This document shows positions 28,848 to 38,626 of a stretch of DNA of 64,000 nt, in pieces. Source of the stretch: an uncultured Clostridia bacterium (GTDB lineage: Bacteria > Bacillota > Clostridia > Christensenellales > Borkfalkiaceae). Below the pieces are notes generated by a model. It saw nothing but the letters and a program-made list of their open reading frames with translations, was not told the origin of the DNA and searched no databases. Every line of letters begins with the position of its first letter. Positions within the stretch are counted from its first letter, which is position 1. The translations under genes and the position numbers were made by a program. The stretch lies in contig CALVXG010000012.1 of assembly GCA_944368925.1 (NCBI GenBank), positions 637-64,636 of the forward strand. The letters run 5' to 3'.

Positions 28848-29678
28848 TTATACACCCGAATAGGCGGAAAAACCGCCGTCAACGGGAATAACGGTTCCCG
28901 TCACAAAACCGCTCGCCCCGTCGTCGGAAAGCCACAAGAGCGCACCGTTCAGATCGGAGATCTCGCCGAAGCGATGCATAGGCGTGGCTTTTAAAATCTT
29001 TTCCGTCCGCGCCGTCGGGTTGCCTTGCTGATCAAAGAGCAGAGCCCTGTTCTGATTGGTCACAAAAAACCCGGGAGCGATGGCGTTTACGCGAATGCCG
29101 CAAGGCGCAAAATGCACCGCGAGCCATTGCGTCAGATTGGATATACCCGCTTTCGCCGCACTATAAGCGGGTATCTTCGTCAAAGGACGGAAGGCGTTCA
29201 TGCTCGAAACGTTAATGATGTTGCCGCCCGTTTTCACCATATCTTCCGCAAAAACCTGGGTCACCAGGAACGCCGTCATGATATTCAGATCGAACACGAA
29301 CCGAATGCCGCTCTCTTCCAGACGGAAGAAATTTCTGACCGATTCTGCCTGCGCATCCATGACCTCGTTGTCGCACGTCGCACGCGGATTATTCCCGCCC
29401 GCGCCGTTGATCAGAAAATTGACTTTCCCGAAATGCTTTCCGATCTCTTCCTTCGCGGCCGCAATGCTCTGCTTGTCCAGACAGTCGCAGCGGATCGCCA
29501 CAGCATTTTCGCCGATCTCATCGGCAATAGATTTTGCGGCATCGAAATTTATATCCAGCAACGCCACCCTCGCTCCGCACGCCGCCAATACGCGCGCAAA
29601 TTCACCGCAGATCACGCCGCCCGCTCCCGTGATCGCCACAACTTTCTTGCTTAAATCTACTTTAAAAGGCAATTCCAT
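28848..29678 (-). CDS. SDR-family oxidoreductase (possible fructuronate/D-mannonate oxidoreductase)
   Basis: 276 aa. Rossmann motif ITGAGGVICG, NGAGG, and catalytic YSAAK. The functional guess rests only on its position directly downstream of uxuA. Confidence 0.75.
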   Translation of the reverse strand: MELPFKVDLSKKVVAITGAGGVICGEFARVLAACGARVALLDINFDAAKSIADEIGENAVAIRCDCLDKQSIAAAKEEIGKHFGKVNFLINGAGGNNPRATCDNEVMDAQAESVRNFFRLEESGIRFVFDLNIMTAFLVTQVFAEDMVKTGGNIINVSSMNAFRPLTKIPAYSAAKAGISNLTQWLAVHFAPCGIRVNAIAPGFFVTNQNRALLFDQQGNPTARTEKILKATPMHRFGEISDLNGALLWLSDDGASGFVTGTVIPVDGGFSAYSGV

Positions 29679-29691
29679 GCTTACACTCTCC

Positions 29692-30735
29692 TCATTTTAC
29701 AGCTTTTTCATAATATTCTGCCGCCTCAAATAAGCCGTTCAGATAGGCGGCCCCCAAAGCGCGGTCATATAAACCGTAACCCGGTTTTCCGTTTTCACCC
29801 CATATATTGCGCCCGTGATCCGGCCGAACATACCCGTCAAAACCGCTCCTTACAAGCGCCCGAACGATGGCAAAAATATTGAGATCGCCGTCCTCCGTAC
29901 GATGCCCAGCTTCCGCAAAATCGTATTTTCCTTTATACCTGAGCTGACGAATATGCGCAAAAAATATTCTGTCCGCATACTTTTCCGCCATTTTCGGCAG
30001 ATTATTTCCCCGGCCCGCCCCCAAAGATCCTGTACAGAACGTGACCCCGTTGTGACGGTTTTTTACAGCCGAAAACAGCCTGTCGAAAGATTCTTCACCC
30101 GTAATAATCCGCGGCAGGCCGAACATATCCCACGGCGGATCGTCCGGGTGGATCGCCATATTGATGCCCGTCTCGTCGCACGCCGGCATGATCCCGTTCA
30201 GAAAATACACGAGATTTTCAAACAGCTTTTCGTGCGTGACCGCCTTGTATTCGCGGATCAGTCCGTCCAACTGCGCGGGCGTGTAACTTTCGTCCCACCC
30301 CGGCAAATGCAGATCGGAAGGATCGAGCGCCGTCAGCTTTTCATGCTCGTAACTCAGACACGTGCTCCCGTCAGGATTTTTCGTCTTCAGATCAGTCCGC
30401 AGCCAGTCAAATACAGGCATAAAATTGTAACAAATACAGCGAACGCCAAACTTTCCGAGATTGCGTATGGTCTTTGCGTAATTTTCGATCAATTTGTCGC
30501 GGGTCGCTTTCCCGAGTTTTATATCTTCATGCACGGGCACGCTCTCAATCACTTCCATCTTAAGCCCGTTGGCATCGCACATGCTTTTCAGCGCCGCAAT
30601 TCTCTCCGTCGGCCACACCTCCCCGACCGGCACGTCGTATACTGCCGTGACTACCCCGCTCATGTTGGGTATCTGCCGGATATATTGCAAAGGAATCGGA
30701 TCCTTTTCCCCATACCAGCGAAAAGTCATTTTCAT
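29692..30735 (-). CDS. uxuA: mannonate dehydratase
   Basis: 347 aa. The N-terminus MKMTFRWYGEKDPIPLQYIRQIP is diagnostic of UxuA. Confidence 0.9.
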   Translation of the reverse strand: MKMTFRWYGEKDPIPLQYIRQIPNMSGVVTAVYDVPVGEVWPTERIAALKSMCDANGLKMEVIESVPVHEDIKLGKATRDKLIENYAKTIRNLGKFGVRCICYNFMPVFDWLRTDLKTKNPDGSTCLSYEHEKLTALDPSDLHLPGWDESYTPAQLDGLIREYKAVTHEKLFENLVYFLNGIMPACDETGINMAIHPDDPPWDMFGLPRIITGEESFDRLFSAVKNRHNGVTFCTGSLGAGRGNNLPKMAEKYADRIFFAHIRQLRYKGKYDFAEAGHRTEDGDLNIFAIVRALVRSGFDGYVRPDHGRNIWGENGKPGYGLYDRALGAAYLNGLFEAAEYYEKAVK

Positions 30736-31032
30736 AACCTGTTTGTCTCCTCTTTAAACAAATCTTTATTGCCTGCTCTCCCGACACTTTTTTCGTTGAG
30801 CCGTCTTTTTAAAAATTTCTCCAAAAAAACTGCTATACGGCTTTGTCTCGGTTTTTCTTCGGAATCGGGAAACAATAAAAAAATTTACTGCAGATGGCAA
30901 GCCCGTTTTTTTCGCTACACTCTTTCTGCCACCTTTTTGCCGCAAAGATCACGGACGATCGCCTCCCAAAAGCCGAACGTTTGCGGCAAAAAACCTTATG
31001 CCACACTGTCCGTTTTCAAACTTTCAATTAAC

Positions 31033-31061
31033 ATTATATAAAATCTTTCAAAGAATTACAA
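31033..31061 (-). promoter_or_regulatory. putative sigma-A promoter of the uxuA-SDR operon
   Basis: On the minus strand: TTGTAA (31061-31056), 17 nt, TATAAT (31038-31033). This implies a leader of about 290 nt. Confidence 0.4.
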
Positions 31062-31189
31062 TGTTAAAAACTGTTCTGCCATGTTGCAAATCATGCTTTC
31101 ATGCGTTATAGGCCGTAATCTCTCTTAAACCCTTTTGCCGACGGTTTACTCTCACTTAAAATCGCACCACCAAACTTACTCCGCAAAAT

Positions 31190-31221
31190 GAGCCGCCCGC
31201 AAATTTGTTTGCGGGCGGCTC
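31190..31221. terminator. second GC-rich hairpin downstream of the macro-domain gene
   Basis: gagccgcccgcaaa-ttt-tttgcgggcggctc forms a perfect 14-bp stem. The flanks are only weakly T-rich on either strand. Confidence 0.5.
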
Positions 31222-31238
31222 GTCTTTATCTTACATAT

Positions 31239-31271
31239 AAAAGAAGCGCCGCAAAATGCAGCGCTTCTTTT
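31239..31271 (-). terminator. intrinsic terminator of the macro-domain gene
   Basis: aaaagaagcgc...gcgcttctttt overlaps the stop codon. On the minus strand the stem is followed by CTTCTTTTAT. Confidence 0.7.
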
Positions 31272-32121
31272 AATCTTTCGTGTTTTTCAAAACGTCTTTG
31301 TAAATTTCAAGGTCTTTATCCAGGAACACGTCAAAAACGACGCGCATATCGTATTTTGTTTCGAGAAGCCAGTTCTTTACGGCTCCTACGGCAACAGCGG
31401 CCGCTTCATCGTTCGGAAAACTGAAGATCCCCGTAGAAATACAACAAAAAGCGATCGACTTAAGGTTCATCTCTTTCGCCAGATTCAGACAGGACAAATA
31501 ACAATTCCGCAAAATGCGGCGATCGTTTTCAGTCACGCGCAGGCCGACCATAGGCCCGACCGTGTGAATGATATATTTGGACGGAAGATTGTACGCCAGC
31601 GTAATTTTTGCACAGCCTGCAGGTTCCGGCTCACCCTGCGCCCCCATGATCTTGGAACAGTCCAGGCGAACCTGTACCCCTGCGCGCGAATGAATCACGT
31701 TGTCAATGCATTTGTGATGCGGTATGAAACAACCAAGCAACGAATTATTAGCGGCATTCACGACGGCATCCACTTTCAGACGCGTTATATCTCCCTGCCA
31801 GAGCGCAATGTTGTCCTTGTACTCAAAGCCGTCCGCATCGACGACGCCGTTTTCTTCCGTTTCGGATCCGAACAGCCGATCCTGGATCTCCAGGAAACGT
31901 TCGGACACGGGATTGGGCAGTCTCTCGTTCAAATACCCCCAAATCAGATCGCGCTTGATTTTGTAAGGATAACTGAACGCCGCGATTTCGTTGCGCTCTT
32001 CCAAAAGCGTGCCGAGCATCTCGTCGCAAATGGCGCTCTTTTCCGATTCGCTCAAGATTTCTCTCTTGCGCGGCTTATAATCGAGATCGATGATGTCTTT
32101 GTACTCACGAAGCGTCAACAT
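31270..32121 (-). CDS. macro-domain protein (protein-ADP-ribose hydrolase type)
   Basis: 283 aa. WQGDITRLKVDAVVNAANNSLLG and ISTGIFSFP are macro-domain motifs, and they follow an N-terminal helical extension of about 95 aa. Confidence 0.85.
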   Translation of the reverse strand: MLTLREYKDIIDLDYKPRKREILSESEKSAICDEMLGTLLEERNEIAAFSYPYKIKRDLIWGYLNERLPNPVSERFLEIQDRLFGSETEENGVVDADGFEYKDNIALWQGDITRLKVDAVVNAANNSLLGCFIPHHKCIDNVIHSRAGVQVRLDCSKIMGAQGEPEPAGCAKITLAYNLPSKYIIHTVGPMVGLRVTENDRRILRNCYLSCLNLAKEMNLKSIAFCCISTGIFSFPNDEAAAVAVGAVKNWLLETKYDMRVVFDVFLDKDLEIYKDVLKNTKD

Positions 32122-32141
32122 ACAGAACCTCCCGACCGAGC

Positions 32142-34367
32142 CTATTTCGCCGCGTTAAAATTGATCAGGCACCCTTTGAGAATAATATTCTTTTCATCCT
32201 GCGTAAGAGCATCCATGTGAAGTACAATATCCTTTACGACCTTCCCGCTCAGAAGTTTCGCCGGAATTTCCTCCGCACCGTCCGCAATCAAACGATCGAT
32301 ATTTTCAATATAAATATAATCTCCGACTTTAAAATGCAGTTTATCGCACGTAAACGGCAGCATGCCCCAGTTGATCAGATTGCTGCGATACCGTTTTGTC
32401 GCGTATTCTTTCGCAATGTTCGCAATACCGCCCAGAACACGCTGGCAGGAAGCCGCCTGCTCGCGGGCAGATCCGTCGCCGGGTTTTACCGCCACGACCA
32501 CACTGCCGTAAATCGTATCGTCGCGAATGCCGAGAAGTTCAACGTCCTTACGCACTTTTTCGGGCAGGCTGCCCGTTTCCCTGCGCACTTCCTCGTCCGC
32601 CTTCACCGCTTTCGCTCTCCCGACATAGGCGGGATCCTTTCTCGAAAGCGCAAATTCCGCAAGCTTCAGCGGATTGGAACGATAGGACGACGTCTCACCC
32701 GAAGGGATCAGCTCATCCGTCGTCGTAACGGGATCGTGAATGACGCTGACCGCTTTCATAAGAAGATCTTTGCCGAGCGGGATCATTTCGGGCCAGTCGG
32801 CTATATTCGGGCCGTAGACGAGCTCTTCGTCGCGGTGTGCTTTGCCCGCTCCGAAGTATACTCTGTTTTTATAAATCTGATCGTCAAAGAAATACTTCTT
32901 GACTTTCTTCGTATACGAAACTTCCGTGGCGGGCGTAAGTTTTCCGCCGTTCGCCGCGGTTGCTGCAATGGAGCGCGCATCCATGAGCGCCACGGCGGCA
33001 AGCTGTCCTGCCGCGGGTTTGCTCCCTTCACGGCTCTCGAAGTTGCGCGTCGTGTGACGGATGGACAACCCGTTGTTGGCGGGAACGTCTCCCGCACCGA
33101 AGCAGGGCCCGCAAAACGCCGTCTTCACGACCGCGCCCGCGTCCATCAGTCCGCCGACATACCCGTTTTCAACCAATGCCTTATAGACAGGCTGGCTGGA
33201 AGGATAAATGCTGAGCGAGAATTCGTCCGAACCCGTAGAATGCCCCTTCAAAATTTCGTACGCTTCCGCGATGTTTTCATACATACCGCCCGCGCATCCG
33301 GCAATGATGCCCTGGTTTACATACACACCGTCGTCGTGGATCTTATCCGTCAGCGTAAATTTATCGTCACCGCGAAGTTTCCTTCCCGCCGCTTCCACTT
33401 CTTCGAGTATTTCGCGCGGATGCTCCAAAACCTCACGGATCGTGAACGCGTTGCTCGGATGGAACGGCATCGCGATCATCGGTTCGATCGTGGAAAGATT
33501 GATCACGATTCCGCTGTCATAGTAAGCGGGCTCCAAAGGTTTTAATTCCTTGTAATCTCCCTCACGCCCGTGGATCTTATAATATTCGCGTGTCTTTTCA
33601 TCCGTTTCCCAGATCGAAGAAAGGCAAGCCGTCTCCGTCGTCATCACGTCGATGCCGTTACGGTAATCCATGGAAAGATTCTTGATCCCCGGCCCGATAA
33701 ATTCAAGCACTTTATTCTTGACAAAGCCGTTCTTGAACACCGCGCCGCAAAGAGCGATCGCGACGTCCTGCGGCCCTACGCCCTTTTTCAGATTCCCGCG
33801 CAGATACACGGCAACCGTTTCAGGCCTGCGGATATCATACGTCTTGTTCAGAATCTGCTTGACAAGTTCGGGCCCGCCTTCTCCTACGGCCAGCGTGCCG
33901 AGCGCACCGTAACGGGTATGCGAATCGCTCCCGAGAATCATTCTGCCTACTTTCGCTTCCATCTCACGCATGTACTGATGAATGACGGCGATATGAGGCG
34001 GCACAAAATTCGCCCCATATTTTTTCGCCGCGGAAAGTCCGAATACATGGTCGTCTTCATTGATCGTTCCGCCCACCGCGCAGAGCGAATTGTGGCAGTT
34101 CGTCAAAGTATAGGAAAGCGGAAACTCTTGAAGGCCGCTCGCCTTTGCAGTCTGTATGATCCCGACATATGTGATATCGTGCGAAGCAATGGCGTCGAAT
34201 TTGATTTTCAGATTCTGTTCGTCGCCTGTATTGTGCTTTTTGAGAATACGATAGGTCATCGTACCCTTCTGCGCCACGGCTTTCTGCTCTCCCGTCATGA
34301 ATGCCTGGCTCTCTTTCACCAGCAGGCCGTTCATATAATAACAACCGCTTCGTATCAATTTGATCAT
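32142..34367 (-). CDS. aconitase-family hydratase
   Basis: GSDSHT and CGPCFGAG Fe-S ligand motifs with a swivel-like C-terminal domain. I moved the start to the ATG at 34367, which is preceded by AGGAG. The 35 upstream in-frame codons have no RBS. Confidence 0.8.
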   Translation of the reverse strand: MIKLIRSGCYYMNGLLVKESQAFMTGEQKAVAQKGTMTYRILKKHNTGDEQNLKIKFDAIASHDITYVGIIQTAKASGLQEFPLSYTLTNCHNSLCAVGGTINEDDHVFGLSAAKKYGANFVPPHIAVIHQYMREMEAKVGRMILGSDSHTRYGALGTLAVGEGGPELVKQILNKTYDIRRPETVAVYLRGNLKKGVGPQDVAIALCGAVFKNGFVKNKVLEFIGPGIKNLSMDYRNGIDVMTTETACLSSIWETDEKTREYYKIHGREGDYKELKPLEPAYYDSGIVINLSTIEPMIAMPFHPSNAFTIREVLEHPREILEEVEAAGRKLRGDDKFTLTDKIHDDGVYVNQGIIAGCAGGMYENIAEAYEILKGHSTGSDEFSLSIYPSSQPVYKALVENGYVGGLMDAGAVVKTAFCGPCFGAGDVPANNGLSIRHTTRNFESREGSKPAAGQLAAVALMDARSIAATAANGGKLTPATEVSYTKKVKKYFFDDQIYKNRVYFGAGKAHRDEELVYGPNIADWPEMIPLGKDLLMKAVSVIHDPVTTTDELIPSGETSSYRSNPLKLAEFALSRKDPAYVGRAKAVKADEEVRRETGSLPEKVRKDVELLGIRDDTIYGSVVVAVKPGDGSAREQAASCQRVLGGIANIAKEYATKRYRSNLINWGMLPFTCDKLHFKVGDYIYIENIDRLIADGAEEIPAKLLSGKVVKDIVLHMDALTQDEKNIILKGCLINFNAAK

Positions 34368-34561
34368 ATTGTCTGGACTCCTTCGCAATTTGTGAAATAT
34401 TATATCTATTATAATACGCGGCACGCTTTTTGTCAAATAATCCGCAAAAAAATAAGCCGCATGACCTTGCATTCTCCGTTTGTCGCCTTAGAAACAGTAC
34501 TCTTGCCCACTTAGGTTGCTTGGCACACTTCCTTTCCGTTACAACATTTCCTTCCAAACAT

Positions 34562-34589
34562 ACACCCGCCGAAACTTTTCGGCGGGTGT
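34562..34589 (-). terminator. hairpin downstream of the pseudouridine synthase gene
   Basis: acacccgccgaaa-ct-tttcggcgggtgt forms a 13-bp stem. The T-tract on the minus strand is weak. Confidence 0.55.
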
Positions 34590-34605
34590 GAAAAGATATA
34601 TTTTA

Positions 34606-35307
34606 TTATAAATTTGTCAGATACAGTACTTCGTCAACGGTCAGTTTCCGCACTTTACCGCGCTCAAGAGAGCCTAACCCCATATCCCCGATACGGATGC
34701 GCTTGAGAAACTCAATCTCTTTCCCGACACTCTCAAACATTCTGCGCACCTGTCTGTTTCTGCCCTCGTTGATCGTAACATGCAGCTTCGTATATTTTTT
34801 ATCCGTTTCGATCACCTTGACTTTCGATTTGTGCGTAAGCTTCCCGTCCAGTTCCACCCCGGAACGAAGACGGTTCAGATCTTTGTCGCTGATCGACCCT
34901 TCAATCCGCACGAGATATGTTTTCGGAATTTCGTTCTTCGGATGCGTCAGACGAAACGCAAGATCGCCGTCATCCGTAAACAAAAGCAATCCTTCGGTAT
35001 CGTAATCCAGTCTGCCGACGGGATATACGCGTCCCGCACCTTCCGGAAGAAGATCCATGACCGTTTTTCTGTCCTTATCGTCCCGTACCGTACAGACATA
35101 CCCCTTGGGTTTGTTCATCATATAATAGGAATGCACGGCTTTGCGGGCGACCTGTCTGCCGTCCACAAGCACCTCGTCCTGCTCCGACACGTCATCTCCG
35201 AGCACGGCCCTCTTGCCGTTGAGCGTGACTTTACCCTCTTCGATCAATTTGTCGCATCCGCGCCTGCTCGCGACCCCGCACTCCGCCAAAAATTTGTTGA
35301 TCCGCAT
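34606..35307 (-). CDS. rRNA pseudouridine synthase, RsuA/RluB family
   Basis: 233 aa. S4 domain MRINKFLAECGVASRRGCDKLIEEGKVTLNG and the catalytic motif PVGRLDYDTEGLLLFTDDG. Confidence 0.9.
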   Translation of the reverse strand: MRINKFLAECGVASRRGCDKLIEEGKVTLNGKRAVLGDDVSEQDEVLVDGRQVARKAVHSYYMMNKPKGYVCTVRDDKDRKTVMDLLPEGAGRVYPVGRLDYDTEGLLLFTDDGDLAFRLTHPKNEIPKTYLVRIEGSISDKDLNRLRSGVELDGKLTHKSKVKVIETDKKYTKLHVTINEGRNRQVRRMFESVGKEIEFLKRIRIGDMGLGSLERGKVRKLTVDEVLYLTNL

Positions 35308-36440
35308 ACTTCCTGAAAAATTCCTCTTTTCGCAATTTCCTGCAGAATATCAAAATAATTTTTTTCTACGCTTTCTATACTAACGATTTTCTGCGAAAAA
35401 AGCAACTGATTTTTCAGATAAACATTCAAAACACCGATTTCCTGTCCCTCTTTGACAGGCAAAAATACTTTTTCGGGAAGCCAATACTCCGTTCGAATCT
35501 CCTTTTCCTCCCCTTCTCCAAGCGGATACTCAAAATCTTCAATGCACTTGCACGTACATTTTTTTCGGGGGACATCCGTATTGATCTGTACTGAATATTC
35601 AGATTTGTCAAACAATTTTCGTATCTTGTACCTTTCAAAACAGGCATCCAAAAGCTCCGCGCTTCGGTTATACATATCCGGGCTGTTCAAAACAACAGAC
35701 ACGATATGCATGCCGTTTCTTTCCGCAGACGTGACAAGGCATCGCCCCGCTTCTTTTGTATACCCTGTCTTTACACCGTCTGCGCCGTCGTAAAGAGCCA
35801 GCATTTTGTTCTTATTCTGAAGTTCCCTTTGATACCCGCACCCGCCGTCAGGGATCGTATAACGACGGCAGGAAACAATCTTTCGAAACGTCTCGTTTTT
35901 CAGTGCGTACGACGCAATCAAGGCCAGGTCGTGCGCCGTCGTGTAATGCTCCGCAGCAGGCAGCCCGTGCGGATTGACAAAATGACTGTCTTTCGCTCCG
36001 ATCCGCTCCGCCATCGCGTTCATACACGCCGCAAACGCTTCGATACTCCCGCTGTGCAACAGCGCAAGAGACTCCGCACAATCGTTTCCCGAACGCAGCA
36101 TCAGGCCGTACAAAAGATCCCGCCTCGTCATACTCTCTTCGGGAACCAAATAAATGCTCGAGCCTTCCACTCCCGTCGCTTCTTTCGGTATGCGCACCGT
36201 CTCATTTAGGTCATCGTTTTCAATCACAAGGATCGCCGTAAGGATCTTCGTCGTGCTCGCCATCGGCAAACGCATATTCTGATTATGAGCGAAAAGCAGA
36301 CGTCCCGAATACACTTCCATCACCGCTTCTGCAGCCGACTGCGTTGCCGCCTCCGCTTCGCGGATCAAACGAACCGTACAAAGGAAAGAACACAGTCCCG
36401 CCAAAAGTCCAATGGAAAGGCATGCAAATTTTTTAATCAT
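35244..36440 (-). CDS. dacB: D-alanyl-D-alanine carboxypeptidase (S11, DacB-like)
   Basis: 398 aa. Signal peptide, the SxxK motif (MASTTKILTA), SGN (LRSGND) and KTG (VKTGYT). Its 3' end runs 64 nt into the next gene. Confidence 0.85.
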   Translation of the reverse strand: MIKKFACLSIGLLAGLCSFLCTVRLIREAEAATQSAAEAVMEVYSGRLLFAHNQNMRLPMASTTKILTAILVIENDDLNETVRIPKEATGVEGSSIYLVPEESMTRRDLLYGLMLRSGNDCAESLALLHSGSIEAFAACMNAMAERIGAKDSHFVNPHGLPAAEHYTTAHDLALIASYALKNETFRKIVSCRRYTIPDGGCGYQRELQNKNKMLALYDGADGVKTGYTKEAGRCLVTSAERNGMHIVSVVLNSPDMYNRSAELLDACFERYKIRKLFDKSEYSVQINTDVPRKKCTCKCIEDFEYPLGEGEEKEIRTEYWLPEKVFLPVKEGQEIGVLNVYLKNQLLFSQKIVSIESVEKNYFDILQEIAKRGIFQEVCGSTNFWRSAGSRAGADATN

Positions 36441-36810
36441 ACTTTTTCTGAATACCCTGCAGCAAGTCAGATGCCTTATCGATCAGATTGTCGATCGGGT
36501 CGTCTCCCGCATGAATATAGCGGCACCCCTTCCCGTCGTCGATCAGAAACCCCGCAGGCTTCATCGTGACGACGGCGCCGCTCCCGCCAGCAAAAGGCGC
36601 GCTCTCGTCTTTTTTGATCACCTTTGTTTCCCCGAGATCGCTCCCGCCCGACAGATATCCGACCGTCACTTTCGATACGGGTATGATCTGGCAACCGCTC
36701 GAAGAGAAAATCGGCGTGCCGATAACCATATTCACGTCCGCGAGCCGATTCAGATTCTCCATCGATATACCGATCAGATTGTTTACCTTTTTATCAGATT
36801 TATCACTCAT
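36433..36810 (-). CDS. ytfJ: sporulation protein YtfJ (GerW family)
   Basis: 125 aa. VIGTPIFSSSGCQIIPVSKVTVGYLSGGSD...GGSGAVVTMKPAGFLI matches the YtfJ/GerW pattern. Confidence 0.85.
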   Translation of the reverse strand: MSDKSDKKVNNLIGISMENLNRLADVNMVIGTPIFSSSGCQIIPVSKVTVGYLSGGSDLGETKVIKKDESAPFAGGSGAVVTMKPAGFLIDDGKGCRYIHAGDDPIDNLIDKASDLLQGIQKKYD

Positions 36811-37357
36811 GTTCTTTCTTTTTCTCTATAATTTTTCCGAGCACGATTTTCCCTGCCGCCATCAGCAAAATAGCCAGATTGAAAAGCAGTACAAAATGTA
36901 CGCTCGCTTTGGCGCTGCTTTGCCCGCACCTGACGACAATATCTCCATGATACGATTCGCAATTTTTCCCTTTTAAACAAAACGTACCGAACGCGTCAGA
37001 CAAAACCCGTAAAAGTGCTGCAGCCGCAAAAACATACGCGCTGTCTTCAGATGACCCGATCTCCAAAACGTGCGAATAAGTCAGCAGCCGAAATCCGCGC
37101 GTGATCTCAAACTTTTGCCTTGTATTGATCATTTCCGAATAAGGAAGCAGAATCGCCTTCCTGTCCGTAAGGTGAAAAGCGATCCCTTCCTTGTACAACG
37201 TAGCATACCCGCCGTAAATTTTGATCGAATGCAGTACATAGAGGGAAAACCAACCTTTCCTGTCTTTTAAGTCGATAAAGAAATTTACGTTCAGAAAAAT
37301 CGGAAACAATAAGATGACAGCTGATAGCAAGGCTGCGAGAATTGACACGTTTATCAT
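36803..37357 (-). CDS. DUF2953 (YtfI-like) membrane protein
   Basis: 184 aa with an N-terminal TM helix. Its position directly upstream of ytfJ, overlapping it by 8 nt, matches B. subtilis ytfI-ytfJ. Confidence 0.65.
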   Translation of the reverse strand: MINVSILAALLSAVILLFPIFLNVNFFIDLKDRKGWFSLYVLHSIKIYGGYATLYKEGIAFHLTDRKAILLPYSEMINTRQKFEITRGFRLLTYSHVLEIGSSEDSAYVFAAAALLRVLSDAFGTFCLKGKNCESYHGDIVVRCGQSSAKASVHFVLLFNLAILLMAAGKIVLGKIIEKKKEHE

Positions 37358-37389
37358 GATCTTATATCAGACATAGTACTTCGCATAAT

Positions 37390-38550
37390 TTAAAAATTCC
37401 AATTTATACCGATATCCTGCAGGGAATCCCAGTAAGAAGCTTTCAACGAATCTTCATTTGCAGTAAGCGGAACAACATCCGTCTCAACGCCGTTTTTATA
37501 GATAATTATTTCACCGACGCAGTCCCCTTTTTGCACGGGAGCACGCATAGAAGACAAATTCGTTTCGAAATTGATTGCGTCCTCGTCGCCTTTGGAACAG
37601 AATACGAACGCAGGTCTCTGCGGGATAACGGTAATCGTGCGCTTTTTCCCTCCCTTTACGTCGCATAAAACATCCTGCAACACGTTTTGTTCGAGCACGC
37701 ACTTACTCGTATAATTCGCGAAAGCATAGTCGAACATTCCGGCCACGTCGTCAAATCGTGTCTTGCTGTCCGTCCCGCCGATCACGACCGAGACTATGCG
37801 CATTGCCCCTCGCTTGGCGGAAGCGGCGAGGCAGAAACCTGCCTCCGACGTATAACCGGTCTTTCCCGCATCGCACCCCTGGTAATTTCGTATCAGTTTA
37901 TTTGTGTTGGCCATCTGCGTAATGCGCCCCTCCGCGTGGTGCATGTCGTCCATCCAGACGGTGCTGTACTGAAAATATTTTTCGTTTTTCAGTAGTTCCG
38001 ACAACATTGCAGCAACGTCCTTTGCGCAGGAATATTGTCCCTCTTTGGGAAGCCCCGTGCAATTTGAAAAGGAAGTGTTTTCCATGCCGAGCTCACTTGC
38101 CCGCTCGTTCATTTTCTTCACAAACAGCTCTTCGCTTCCTGCCAAAGTTTCTGCCATCGCCACGCACGAGTCGTTTGCCGATGCGATGCAGATACTCTTG
38201 ATCAATTCTCCGATCGGATAGTTTCCGTTCTCTTCCAAAAACACCTGCGATCCGCCCATTCCCGCGGCGCGCGCGCTGATCGTGATTTCATCGTCAAAAT
38301 CGATCTTCCCGTCACGCTCCGCTTCAAAACAAAGAAGAAGCGTCATGATCTTGCACATACTCGCAATCGGAAGACGCTTGGCCGGATTGTAGGAATAGAC
38401 TTCCGTACTACTGTTCCAGTCACAGGCATACGCCGCCTTACAATTTTTGACGATCTCCACACCTCCCGTTTCCGCCGAAACCCCGAAAGAAATTGCCGTA
38501 GCGGAAACAAAGAATACAAAAATAAAAAATAAGAGCATAACTTTTTTCAT
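37390..38550 (-). CDS. D-alanyl-D-alanine carboxypeptidase (S11, DacA/DacF-like)
   Basis: Signal peptide, SxxK (IASMCKIMT), SAN (IASAND), KTG (GKTGYT) and a PBP5 C-terminal domain. I set the start at the ATG at 38550; the track start is a GTG 3 codons upstream. Confidence 0.85.
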   Translation of the reverse strand: MKKVMLLFFIFVFFVSATAISFGVSAETGGVEIVKNCKAAYACDWNSSTEVYSYNPAKRLPIASMCKIMTLLLCFEAERDGKIDFDDEITISARAAGMGGSQVFLEENGNYPIGELIKSICIASANDSCVAMAETLAGSEELFVKKMNERASELGMENTSFSNCTGLPKEGQYSCAKDVAAMLSELLKNEKYFQYSTVWMDDMHHAEGRITQMANTNKLIRNYQGCDAGKTGYTSEAGFCLAASAKRGAMRIVSVVIGGTDSKTRFDDVAGMFDYAFANYTSKCVLEQNVLQDVLCDVKGGKKRTITVIPQRPAFVFCSKGDEDAINFETNLSSMRAPVQKGDCVGEIIIYKNGVETDVVPLTANEDSLKASYWDSLQDIGINWNF

Positions 38551-38626
38551 GGTAAACACCCCGTTTTGTTATACTCTTATTTTTCGTATTCCGTTGAAAT
38601 TTATACGCCGAACTTACAGCGAAAAA

